Shown here one piece after another: positions 43,111-53,097 of a stretch of 64,000 nucleotides of DNA. Both the position numbers and the translations under genes were made by a program. The notes under the pieces were generated by a model, which saw only the letters and a program-made list of their open reading frames with translations, had not been told where the DNA came from and made no database searches. Origin of the DNA: Nitrospirota bacterium (lineage in GTDB: Bacteria; Nitrospirota; UBA9217); assembly GCA_963741205.1 (NCBI GenBank), contig CAVUHW010000006.1, positions 1 to 64,000 of the forward strand, read 5' to 3'. How positions within the stretch are numbered: position 1 is the first letter of the stretch; each line of letters begins with the position of its first letter.

Positions 43111-44337
43111 GTGAAAGTCGACACGATGCGAAAAGTGGACTATTACGCCGGCGTGCCGCTCTGTTTCGTCGCGACGCTCGTCAAGAAACTGTTCGCGCTT
43201 TTTGCCGCCCGTCGTCCGGCGCCGTCCAGGCCGAAAAACATCCTGCTGATCGAACTTTCCGAAATGGGGAGCACGATCCTGGCGGACCCGATGATGCAAA
43301 AGCTGAAACGTGTTGCCGGTATTAACATCTATTTCGCAATCTTCAAGAAAAACAGCGAAAGCCTGAAACTCTTAGGGACGGTCCCTCCCGAGAATGTCTA
43401 TACCATCGATGAGTCGGGTTTGGTTCCGCTCATCAGGGATGCGTGCCGGTTCCCCCTCTGGACACGGCGCCGCCGCATTGATGCGGTCATCGACATGGAG
43501 CTTTTTTCCCGGTTTACCGCGCTCCTTACAGCGTCGTCCGGTGCGCAGCGCACCGTGGGGTTCCACGCTTTTTATCAGGAGGGGCTCTACCGCGGTGATT
43601 TTCTGACCCACAAGGTCGCCTATAACCCTCATCAGCACATTGCGAAGAATTTTATCGCCCTCGCGAACGCCTTGCTAAGCGAAAAACCCGAGCATCCTTT
43701 CTCGAAAACCGTTGTCGCGGACCAGGAAACGGAACTGCGGAAGGTCGTCATAACCGAAGCAGCGCGCGAGTCAATGCGCGGGAAAATCAGAGGGGCTTAT
43801 CCCAGCTACGACGGCAAACGGCACCGGATCATCCTTTTCAACGCCAATGCATCCGAGCTGCTTCCGATCCGCCGCTGGCCGAAGGAACATTACGTCCGCC
43901 TGGCAGGCATGATCCTGGATCTCTATGCCGATGTCGTCATCCTTCTTACGGGGGGCGCGGGCGAGCGCGCCTGGCTAGAAGCCCTTGTCTCGTCCGTTCA
44001 CTCCGAGCGGTGCGTAAACTTTGCAGGACAGACGGCCCTCACCGAGCTGCCTGCCCTTTATTCGTTGAGCGCCTTCATGCTCAGTAACGACTCCGGCCCG
44101 CCCCATTTTGCGTCGGTAACCGGCATGCCGACCTTCGTCTTTTTCGGTCCCGAAACCCCGCACCTCTACAGGCCGCTCGGCGACACGACGCCGCTCTATG
44201 CCGGGTTGGCATGCTCGCCCTGCGTTTCAGCGGCAAACCACCGCAAGACCGCGTGCGACGACAACGTCTGCCTGCAAATCATTTCTCCTGAGCAGGTCTT
44301 CGGCGCTCTCAAGCCGAAACTAGAGAGCACGTCGTGA
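43111..44337 (+). CDS. Glycosyltransferase family 9 (heptosyltransferase-like)
   Basis: IELSEMGS, RRWP, NFAGQT, NDSGPPH, FGP, CSPC...C...C. Confidence 0.9.
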   Translation: MKVDTMRKVDYYAGVPLCFVATLVKKLFALFAARRPAPSRPKNILLIELSEMGSTILADPMMQKLKRVAGINIYFAIFKKNSESLKLLGTVPPENVYTIDESGLVPLIRDACRFPLWTRRRRIDAVIDMELFSRFTALLTASSGAQRTVGFHAFYQEGLYRGDFLTHKVAYNPHQHIAKNFIALANALLSEKPEHPFSKTVVADQETELRKVVITEAARESMRGKIRGAYPSYDGKRHRIILFNANASELLPIRRWPKEHYVRLAGMILDLYADVVILLTGGAGERAWLEALVSSVHSERCVNFAGQTALTELPALYSLSAFMLSNDSGPPHFASVTGMPTFVFFGPETPHLYRPLGDTTPLYAGLACSPCVSAANHRKTACDDNVCLQIISPEQVFGALKPKLESTS

Positions 44338-44454
44338 CTGTCTTCGTACGATTCAGAGAGCGGGGGCGTCGTCGGTCTTGTTCCTGAAAAAGGACAAAGG
44401 CAGGGTTGAAGAAGGAGGGGTAAAGCGTAAAGAACAGCTACAAAAGTCGGGGGG

Positions 44455-44638
44455 CGGCCGTAAAAAGCCGTTATGTCGAGCTTGGCCAAGCAATCTCGCC
44501 TTTGATAATTGCCGGAAAAATCGAATTGGGGAGCCTGTTCCGAACGACGCGAGAAATCTCGCTCCACGTTCCTTCGCTACGCTCAGGACCGCTCTGCTCC
44601 TCGCAAAGACGGCCTAGAACAGTCTTTGCAAAACCCCC
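44455..44638. repeat. Degenerate composite REP/MITE-like element (GCAATCTC / CTTCGCTACGCTCAGGA class)
   Basis: CGTAAAAAGCC, AAGCAATCTC, CTTCGCTACGCTCAGGA and CTCCTCGCAAAGAC fragments between convergent genes. Confidence 0.45.
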
Positions 44639-44640
44639 GA

Positions 44641-46506
44641 TCACGAGATCTGCGCCAGTTCGTTCAGTTGCTGGTCGAACTCCTGCGCCTTCGCGTCGTG
44701 CTCCGTCGTGACCGTCTCAAGCTCGGCAAAGAGTGTCTCGATCCTCGCCTTTGCCTCGTTCACGGACTGGGATAGCTGCCTGATGGTCAGGGCCTTGCCT
44801 TTGACCGATGCCTCGAGCAGTTCCTGCGTGTCGCGTTCTACGGCCTGCTCCAGCTTCGTTATTTCCACCTCGAGGGCCGCGATCCTGCTCTTGAGCGAGC
44901 TGAGGACCCGGGATTTGTCGGACACGATGCTGGAGCGCAGCTTCTTCGCGTCTTTTCTGTTTACATTCCTGCCGTCTTCCTGCTTCTTCGCTTTCTTGAC
45001 GCGCACGCCTCCCTCGTCGCTCCAGCCGACACGTTCGAGGAAGTCCAGGTACGTCCCTTCAAAGACCGACACGGCGTCGTTGTCGTAGACGATCAGCTTG
45101 GTCGCCACGGCCTCCAGGATCAGTTCGCTGTGCGTCACGATGATGACCGCGCCGTCGAACGCATCGATTGCCTCGATCAGGGAATCGATGGACTCCATAT
45201 CGAGGTGGTTCGTCGGCTCGTCGAGCATGAGGAGGTTCGCGGGCGAGACCAGGAGCTTGCCCAGGAGCACCCGGCTTTTCTCTCCGCCCGACAGCACGCT
45301 CACCTTCTTGAGCGCGTTATCGCCTTCGAACATCATGAGCCCGCAGATCGCGCGCGACTCTCCCTGGGCATGGTCCGGGTGCGCATCCATGATCTCCTGG
45401 AGCGCGGTCTTTTCGGGACGCAGCCGGTTGATGTTCGTCTGGCCGAAGTAGGCGATCCTGGTATTCGGGTGGAGCTTCACGTCTCCGCGGGTGGGCGACA
45501 TTTCACGCGCCAGCAGGTTCAGGAGCGTGGTCTTTCCCTTGCCGTTCTTTCCGATCACGGCGATGCGGTCCTTCTTGCCGACGGCGAAGGAAAGCCCGTC
45601 GATCAGCTTGGGCTCGTCTCGGGAAAATCCGAACGACAGGTCTTCCACGGTCATGAGCCATTTGGCTTCAAAGGGCGCGGACCGAAACTTGAAATCGAGC
45701 GTTCTTATCTCGTCGAGCTTGTCGAGCTTCTCGTGCCGGGCAAGCGCCTTGATGCGCGACTGGACCGCGCTGGCCTTGGTGGCCTGGGCGCGGAAGCGGT
45801 TGATGAACTGCTCGACCTCTTTTCGCTTTTTCTCGTCGTTCTGGCGGGTCTTTTCGTAGATCTCTTCTTCCAAGAGGATCTGGTCGTAGAGCTTCTGGGT
45901 GCCGCCCGCCACCTTGCGCATCTTGCAGCGGTGGATGATCATGGTATGGGTCGTGACGCTGTCCATAAAGTCGCGGTCGTGGGTGATGATGATGAGTTCG
46001 TTCCTCCAGGCGCGCAGGAACTGCGTAAGCCACCGGACCGAGACGATGTCCAGGTAGTTCGTGGGCTCGTCAAGCAGAAGGAGATTGCAGTCCGAGACGA
46101 GCACTTTGGCGAGGTTCAGCCGCACCTGATAACCGCCTGAAAGCGACGAGGGTGGACGGTCGAAGTCGTCGTTCGTGAACCCAAGCCCGTGCAGGATCGC
46201 TTCGGCCTTGTAGGTCTCGTCGATATGGTCCTCGTTTTTCGGGAGTGCGAGGCAAGCTTCCTTGATCACCGTCTCCTCGGTGAAATGGATATGCTGGGAC
46301 AGATGGCCGATGGTGTAGCCCGAGGGAGTCGTGATCGTGCCGGCATCCTGGTGCTCTTCACCGAGGATCATGCGGAAAAGCGTGGATTTTCCGTGGCCGT
46401 TCCGGCCGACGAGCCCCACGCGCTCGCGCGGATTGACGGTAAAGCCGACGCCGTCAAAGAGCACCTGCTTTCCATAGGATTTTTCGATGTTCGTGACCTG
46501 GAGCAT
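44641..46506 (-). CDS. ABC-F family ATPase (YheS/Uup-like)
   Basis: Two ABC cassettes (GRNGHGKS/LSGG/LDEPTN; [22 protein letters not shown]), no TM segments, C-terminal coiled coil. Confidence 0.93.
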   Translation of the reverse strand: MLQVTNIEKSYGKQVLFDGVGFTVNPRERVGLVGRNGHGKSTLFRMILGEEHQDAGTITTPSGYTIGHLSQHIHFTEETVIKEACLALPKNEDHIDETYKAEAILHGLGFTNDDFDRPPSSLSGGYQVRLNLAKVLVSDCNLLLLDEPTNYLDIVSVRWLTQFLRAWRNELIIITHDRDFMDSVTTHTMIIHRCKMRKVAGGTQKLYDQILLEEEIYEKTRQNDEKKRKEVEQFINRFRAQATKASAVQSRIKALARHEKLDKLDEIRTLDFKFRSAPFEAKWLMTVEDLSFGFSRDEPKLIDGLSFAVGKKDRIAVIGKNGKGKTTLLNLLAREMSPTRGDVKLHPNTRIAYFGQTNINRLRPEKTALQEIMDAHPDHAQGESRAICGLMMFEGDNALKKVSVLSGGEKSRVLLGKLLVSPANLLMLDEPTNHLDMESIDSLIEAIDAFDGAVIIVTHSELILEAVATKLIVYDNDAVSVFEGTYLDFLERVGWSDEGGVRVKKAKKQEDGRNVNRKDAKKLRSSIVSDKSRVLSSLKSRIAALEVEITKLEQAVERDTQELLEASVKGKALTIRQLSQSVNEAKARIETLFAELETVTTEHDAKAQEFDQQLNELAQIS

Positions 46507-46757
46507 TTTACTGACCTTAAAGCCTCTCGCTCATCATTCCCCCCGGCTTCAATCATGCCGGGCAGGCCCGCGAGGGACGCCGTTCTTAATGATGAAAACA
46601 TGTCGCCGGGAGAATTATCGGGAATGGCATAAGATTTAACAACAATTGGTAATAATAACGCAGGAGAAGAGAGATGGCAAATGGTTTTTTTCGGATAAGA
46701 TTACAGCGAACCGCAATGGCTTTGGAATGTGCCTGATTTGAAGGACCTCTGCGGATA

Positions 46758-48016
46758 TCATTCGCTTTTCACGTCCCCGATGGACGGTTCCGCGGCCCTT
46801 TCCGGAGAGCTCATTTCCTTCCGGCGGGCCCGCGAAATTTCGACAGCGATGGCCGCGGCCTCTTCGGCCGGCAGACCTTCCGTGCGCCGCAGGTACTCCG
46901 CCTACGCTGAGGTCATCCTTTCTCCGCAGTTTCATGCCCTGGATCTGTTCCGGCTCGCCCGGCAGCCCGCCGCCAAATTCCTCGATGAGCATCCGTATCG
47001 TTGCAGCTACCGGCAGCGCGAGAAACGCCCCCATGACTCCCATCAGGGCTGCGCCCGCGAGGAGCGAAAAAAGAATGACGGACGAAGGGAGGCGCATCGC
47101 CCGACCGTAAATCCGGGGCACGAGAACGCGGCTTTCGAACTCCTCGTAGGCGAGCATCAGGACGAGAACGATGATGGTGACGGCCGGGCCCTGGGTGAGG
47201 GTAGCCAGGACCGTGGGGCCCATCGAGAGGAAGACGCCGATGTACGGCAGAACGTCCGCGAGGCCGGCAAACACCGCGATCGCCAACGCGTTCGGCACCC
47301 TGAACGCCGTCAGGAGGACAAACACGAAGGCTGTCATCAGCGCGGACGTGATCATCTGACCGAGAATGTATCCGCCGACGATCGTCTCCATGTTCCACAG
47401 GATATGGGAGAGGCGGATGTGGTGTGAGCGGGGTACGACCGCGTAGAGCCCTCCCCGAAGGCGATTGCGATCGATCATCATATAAAGCGCGAGAAAAAAG
47501 GCGCCCGCGCTGTACGCGAAGATCTCGGCGATCCGCGACGAGTAAGAGAATAGCGTCATGGCGGCGGTCTTCGCCAGGACGTCGTAGTGCATCTCGCCGC
47601 AGGGCATCCGCGAAGGGGGCCGTCAGAGGGGAAACGGCGAGAAAGTCGACAACGCGCGCCCGCAGCACCGGCTCCTGCTCGATCAGGTTCGCCGCCTGTT
47701 GCAGGAGCGCCGGCATCGGCAGGGTGATGATGAGAACGGCGATGACCACGAAAGAAATAAAAACGATCGCGATGCCTGCGCCCCTGCGCACGCGGTGCAT
47801 CATGAAGCCAGCGGACCACCGGACTCATGGTGCCGACGATGATAAGTGCCATGATGAGCGACGAGAACGACGGGCAGGAGCCGGATCAAAACCCATACGC
47901 CGGCTGCAAAGAGCACGATCAGCATCATGGTCGAGAGCGATAGATCGATGGTGTACGACTGTCTTCCTGCGGCGGTCTCTCGGCTGCGGCGCTTCGTTTT
48001 TATGCTGCGGAATCAC
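46758..48016 (-). CDS. AI-2E (PerM/UPF0118) family transporter; multiple frameshifts
   Basis: GGYILGQ, LPYIG, YEEFESRVLVPRIYG, G..GAFLALP; RBS GAGG + GTG at 48016. Confidence 0.82.
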
Positions 48017-48306
48017 CGTGATACCTCTAATGCAAAAGGATTATTTAATATTTGTCCACTAATTCAATTTTATCATAATCGTGCCATCAGAGACGTCCAT
48101 GCATAAACCCTGTACACGATAAATCGTGATCAGAAAAAAAGCAATACGTAATAGTGATGGACCCGAAAAGGCGGCACAGGGGGTAAACAGAGAAAAGCCC
48201 GTTGAATAATGAAAAAATATCTCAATGTGACTTCCTCTGTCCAGCACCCTTTGAGTCTCTGGGCGGGCTGCAATGCAGGCGGGAATGACGACTTTGATGA
48301 CGGGCT

Positions 48307-48666
48307 TTACAGCACTTCTTCATCCTCTTTGCGCCAGGCGGGATCGACGATGCAGATGAACGCGAGGTCTTTTTTTCCTGAATTCGTGATGCACTGCCTT
48401 GCCATGGGCGGGATGTACACGGTCGAACCGGAACGGACGGGCGAGGACTCTCCGTTGATGTGCATGACGCCTTCGCCTTCGATGATATAGTAGACCTCCG
48501 AGGTCCGAAGCCGGTGCTCCCAGGTCGTATCGCCGGGTTTTACGACCGCATGCGCAAGGCTGTAACGAAGGGCGAGGTCCTCCTTGGCCGGGTGCAGAAT
48601 CTCGCGCAGGACGCAGTTGTCTCCGGCGATGAATTCGGGGCAGTCGTTCAATTCGCGGATGAACAT
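48307..48666 (-). CDS. Cupin-domain protein
   Basis: YSLAHAVVKPG...HRL..SEVYYIIEGEG...VYIPP. Confidence 0.88.
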   Translation of the reverse strand: MFIRELNDCPEFIAGDNCVLREILHPAKEDLALRYSLAHAVVKPGDTTWEHRLRTSEVYYIIEGEGVMHINGESSPVRSGSTVYIPPMARQCITNSGKKDLAFICIVDPAWRKEDEEVL

Positions 48667-48875
48667 ATACCTCCTTCAATTCTCTGCCTCGAGACGCTGG
48701 TCTGTTCAAACCGGTTCAAGAATCTCGCTTCATCGACTTGTAGCATCAGGAATCGGCTTCACGGCATCACTTTAGCACATGCCAAAGAATTTATAAAAGG
48801 AACTTGACCGTGCCGCTTCTTGACTCACGCATGCTGTTGCAGTACAATCACCAATCCTTCGGGAACTATGCGATC

Positions 48876-49664
48876 ATGAATCAGGCAGATCTTACCTCAC
48901 TCAAAAACTGGTTTGCCGGCTATAGCGCCTCCTTTGCCACGCCCATCCCAGAAGACCAGCGGAACATCGCTATCAAGCAGGACCACACCTACGAGGTCTG
49001 CCGAAACGCCCTGCGGATCGCCCGTGACCTCGGGCTTGGCGAAGAGGAAACGCTCCTCGCCGAGGCGGTCGCCCTGCTCCATGATGTGGGCAGATTTTCC
49101 CAGTATGAGCAGTACAGAACCTTCGATGACAGCATCTCGGTGAACCATGCGGCCCTCGGAGTAAAAGTGCTCCTGGAGAAGGACGTGCTCCAGGGGCTGC
49201 CGATGCGGGACCGGGACTTGATCGTCCATGCCATAACCCTTCACAATGTCTTTTCCCTCCCGAAGAAACTCGATCCCTTGACACTGCTGTTCGCCAGGCT
49301 GGTCCGCGACGCGGATAAACTCGATATCATGCGGGTGGTGATCGACTTCTTTGGGCAGGATAAAGAGAGCAGGGCAGAGGCCGTGGCGATCGGGCTGCCG
49401 GACGAGCCCGGGTATTCGCGCGCAGTCCTGGCTTGTCTCGCGAGGGGGGAGATGGCTAAAAAGTCCGACCTCACGACCTTGAACGACTTCAAGCTGCTTC
49501 AGCTCGCCTGGCTGTATGACCTTAATTTTACCTCCTCGCTGCGGGTGGTGCTGGAGCGGCGGTATATCGACAGGCTGGCCGGCCTGCTGCCGGACACCGG
49601 TGAAATCAGGCAGGCCATCTCCATTGTCCGGGCCTCCGTGGACAAGAGGCTGCGGGCGGGCTGA
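48876..49664 (+). CDS. HD-domain phosphohydrolase
   Basis: KQDHT, ALLHDVGRF, NHA, HN, VRDADKLD. Confidence 0.88.
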   Translation: MNQADLTSLKNWFAGYSASFATPIPEDQRNIAIKQDHTYEVCRNALRIARDLGLGEEETLLAEAVALLHDVGRFSQYEQYRTFDDSISVNHAALGVKVLLEKDVLQGLPMRDRDLIVHAITLHNVFSLPKKLDPLTLLFARLVRDADKLDIMRVVIDFFGQDKESRAEAVAIGLPDEPGYSRAVLACLARGEMAKKSDLTTLNDFKLLQLAWLYDLNFTSSLRVVLERRYIDRLAGLLPDTGEIRQAISIVRASVDKRLRAG

Positions 49665-49764
49665 CAGCCCCGCGTGGGGGAGAAACCAAAATTTGGCTTT
49701 ACTCCGCACCGACTAATTTGGTAAGATGAAAGTTCTATCTAAACCGATTCACAACAGAGCCAAG

Positions 49765-49885
49765 TTTCCGTCACTCACGAATGCACTAACGGCAGAATCC
49801 AGTTCTCTGGACACTACAAGCTAAATCAAAGCTCGCTGGATTCACGAGCTCCGTACCCTGCTGGAATCGATGCATGAACGGAAAT
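49765..49885. repeat. Degenerate GTCA..CGAATG / GAATCCAG..CTGGATTC REP-like element
   Basis: TTTCCG...CGGAAA outer IR; GAATCCAG/CTGGATTC inner IR; similar to 61637-61700. Confidence 0.45.
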
Positions 49886-49931
49886 AGTACTGCGTAGAGC
49901 TACTGATCAAAGGCGTATACAAAGGAGCATC

Positions 49932-51234
49932 ATGAGAAACAACATCGTTTCACTCGGCGCCGACGAGCTCAAGTACGAGATCCGGGAGATCGTAGCCGTT
50001 GCCAAGGAATTCGCAAAACTGGGGATCGAGATCAACTGGGAGAATATCGGCGACCCGGTGCAGAAGGGGGAGAAAGCTCCCGGACTGGATCAAGGATATC
50101 ATCACCAGCATGATGAAGGAGGACCTGACCTACGCCTACTCGCCCACGAAAGGCCTCGACGCGACGCGGGAGTACCTGGCCCTGAAGGCGAACAAAAACG
50201 GCCTCGTCAAGATCACGAAGGAGGACATCATCTTCTTCAACGGCCTGGGCGACGCGATCAGCAAGGTCTACGGACAGCTCCGCAAGGAATACCGCGTCAT
50301 CGGCCCCAGCCCGGCCTACAGCACCCACTCGTCGGCGGAGGCCTCGCACGCGGGTTCGGAATATGTCTCCTACCGGCTCGATCCGAACAATCACTGGTAC
50401 CCGGACCTCACCGACCTCAGGATGAAGGTGAAGTACAATCCGTCCATTTCGGGCATCCTGGTCATCAACCCGGACAACCCCACGGGCGCGGTCTACCCGC
50501 GGGAGGTCCTTCTCGAAATCGTGGCCATCGCGAAGGAATATGACCTTTTCGTGGTCTGTGACGAGATCTACATCAACCTTACCTACAACGGGACAAAGTC
50601 GGTCCCGCTGGCCGACGTGATCAACGGCGTGTGCGGCATCTCCATGAAAGGCATCTCGAAGGAGCTCCCCTGGCCCGGCGCGCGGTGCGGATGGATCGAG
50701 GTCTACAACGCGGACAAGGACCCCGTCTTCGCGAAATACATCAAGAGCATCGTGGACGACAAGATGCTCGAGGTCTGTTCCACCACGCTTCCCCAGAGGG
50801 TGATCCCCTCCATCATGGGCGACCCCCGGTACGAGGGGCATATCGCCCACCGGAACGCGGTGTATGAAAAAAGATCGCGCATTGCCTTCGGGTTCCTGAA
50901 GGACATCACGGGCATCATCGTCAACCAGACGAACGGGGCTTTCTATATGACGGTGATGTTCAGGGAGAACGTGCTGACCCCGAACCAGAGGCTCTCTATC
51001 GCGAATGCCGGGGCAAAAGAGATGGCGGAGCGGCTCGTCAAGGACGTGGCGCTCGACAAGCGGTTCGTCTACTATCTCCTGGCTGCAACAGGCATCTGCG
51101 TGGTGCCATTGACCGGATTCAACTGCGATCTTCGGGGTTTCCGCGTAACGCTCCTCGAATCGGACGACGCGAAGTTCGAATGGATCTTCAAGACGCTGGG
51201 CGAGAAGATCACCGAATATTTGCAGAGTGAGTAA
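49932..51234 (+). CDS. Class I/II PLP-dependent aminotransferase (AlaA-like); frameshift near 50078
   Basis: YEIREI, ENIGDP, INPDNPTG, DEIY, KGISKELPWPGARCGW. Confidence 0.9.
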
Positions 51235-51326
51235 TCCGACATTTCTCTTGATTTTTCCTCCCGATCGTAAGATAATGGCCGCCTTGATGCACCACTATTA
51301 CACCACATCTTAAGGAGGTTCCATTC

Positions 51327-51980
51327 ATGCGTATCATCTTATTAGGCGCGCCGGGCGCGGGCAAGGGCACGGTGGCGAAGCTTTTGACGCAGCTCGAAGG
51401 CTCGGTGCAGATCTCGACGGGCGATATCCTGCGCGGCGCGGTGAAGGCCGGCACGCCGCTCGGCAAAGAGGCGCAGGGCTACATGGACCGGGGCGACCTG
51501 GTCCCCGATTCGCTCATCATGGGGATCATGGAGCAACGACTCCAGGAGAAGGATTGCCAGAAGGGCTTCCTCCTCGATGGGTTTCCGAGGACCATCCCGC
51601 AGGCCGATGCATTGGGCGCGCTTTTGAAGAAGCTCAACATCAAGCTCGACCTCGTGGCGAACATCGATGTGCCCCGTGACGTGATTTTGGACCGCCTGAC
51701 GACCCGCCGGACCTGCTCCAATTCGTCCTGCCAGGAGATCTACAACATAAAGAGCAACCCGCCGGCGCCGGGCGACAAGTGCAAGAAGTGCGGAAGCCCG
51801 ACGATCCAGCGCGCGGACGAGACCGTGGAGGCCATTTCCAAGAGGTTGGATGTTTACAATGAAAAGACCGCGCCCCTGATCGGCTACTACGACAAGAAGG
51901 GCATGCTGCTCACCATTAAGGAAACGAGCAGCGACGGCGTGGTCAATGCGATCAAGAAGGGGATTGCGGCGAAGAAGTGA
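51327..51980 (+). CDS. adk: Adenylate kinase with Zn-type LID
   Basis: LLGAPGAGKGT, STGDILR, LVPD, LDGFPRT, LID C..C...CKKC, QRADE. Confidence 0.96.
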   Translation: MRIILLGAPGAGKGTVAKLLTQLEGSVQISTGDILRGAVKAGTPLGKEAQGYMDRGDLVPDSLIMGIMEQRLQEKDCQKGFLLDGFPRTIPQADALGALLKKLNIKLDLVANIDVPRDVILDRLTTRRTCSNSSCQEIYNIKSNPPAPGDKCKKCGSPTIQRADETVEAISKRLDVYNEKTAPLIGYYDKKGMLLTIKETSSDGVVNAIKKGIAAKK

Positions 51981-52072
51981 CGGGTTCATCGTCACCCAGA
52001 ACAAAGCGAAGGGTCTGTTCAGCGGAAAGCGGAGCAGGTATTCTGAGCAGAACGAAATACAACAACAAACGC

Positions 52073-52103
52073 AAAAAGGCGGGATTTATCCCGCCTTTTC
52101 TTT
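52073..52103. terminator. Bidirectional terminator
   Basis: AAAAGGCGGGA-TTTA-TCCCGCCTTTT. Confidence 0.85.
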
Positions 52104-52130
52104 TACCATTTTTGTAAACAACGTGCCGGC

Positions 52131-52949
52131 CTAAGTATATTCGTCATGTTCATCCCCGTAAACAGCATGGATGATCTCCCAGGCCGTCTCCTCGATGGAC
52201 TTGTTCGTCGTATCGACGATTTTCCAGGCCCTATGCTTCTTGACAAGGTCCCAGATATACTCGACCTCTTCAAAGACTTTTTTTAAGTCGCTGTAGCTGG
52301 GCTTGAGACCGAACTTTTTCTGACGGACCTTCCTCACCTTCTGGAGGACTGCGGCGTCGATGTTGAGACAGACGATCTTGTGCTGGTCGATTTCCTCGAG
52401 CTCTTCCGGCAAGTCGATTCCCGGAACAATAGGGACATTCGCGACCTTATAACCCTCCTGGGCGAGAAAGAAAGACGTCGGCGTCTTGGAGGTCCGCGAG
52501 AGACCGACGATGACGATGTCGGCGTCCTTCAGGCGCGCGGTGTCCCTGCCGTCGTCGTGATCAACCGTGAACTCGATCGCATCGATACGTTTAAAGTACC
52601 GCTCATCGACCTTTCTCAAGAGGCTCGGGGTTTCGAGCGGTTCGAGCCGCAGATAGGAAGAGAGGTTGTTTATGAGCGGGCCCAGGATGTCGAGATGGAA
52701 GATTTCGTGCTTCCGGCAATACGCGCTGGCAAGGGACCTCATCCCTTTTTTCACGAACGTAAAGGCTATGAGGGCCTTGGCTTGCCGGGCCTGGTCGAGA
52801 ATCCTGTTGAGGCCGGCCTTTGAATCGATATCGTGGAAGACCATAATTTTTGCATTTGCGTGATCGAACTGCACCAGTGCCGCCCTCAGGATGTGCAAGG
52901 CGCTCTGGCCGGTGGCATCGGATATGATATAGATCGTCTTCTTGGTCAT
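52131..52949 (-). CDS. ppsR: PEP synthase/PPDK regulatory protein (kinase/pyrophosphorylase, DUF299)
   Basis: ISDATG, YFKRIDAIEFTVDHDDG, GLSRTSKTP, TNKSIEETA. Confidence 0.92.
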   Translation of the reverse strand: MTKKTIYIISDATGQSALHILRAALVQFDHANAKIMVFHDIDSKAGLNRILDQARQAKALIAFTFVKKGMRSLASAYCRKHEIFHLDILGPLINNLSSYLRLEPLETPSLLRKVDERYFKRIDAIEFTVDHDDGRDTARLKDADIVIVGLSRTSKTPTSFFLAQEGYKVANVPIVPGIDLPEELEEIDQHKIVCLNIDAAVLQKVRKVRQKKFGLKPSYSDLKKVFEEVEYIWDLVKKHRAWKIVDTTNKSIEETAWEIIHAVYGDEHDEYT

Positions 52950-53012
52950 TTTATTCTCCCTCTCGTATCAAAAGAATATCATAAAACCTCGTAAAAAGCA
53001 GCGTGGATTGTA

Positions 53013-53076
53013 ATGATCTCAATCACCGTTGTCATGACACAAATCATATGCTTCCGCCGTCCGCCCGTGCTATAGT
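53013..53076 (+). promoter_or_regulatory. CRP/FNR-family (possibly HcpR-like) sites plus -10 box
   Basis: ATGA-N6-TCAC (53013-53026) and ATGA-N6-TCAT (53034-53047); TATAGT at 53071 places the second site at about -42. Confidence 0.5.
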
Positions 53077-53097
53077 TGATAAAAAAAGGAGGCAGCC

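Noticed and set aside
25711-46140. Long antisense ORFs (e.g. 25711-27111, 28565-29725, 36678-37886, 45130-46140)
   Set aside because: Shadow ORFs of GC-rich genes on the opposite strand; no motifs or RBS
49740-49930. Riboswitch/T-box leader of the aminotransferase
   Set aside because: Structure is better explained as a degenerate REP-like element; no T-box or SAM consensus seen
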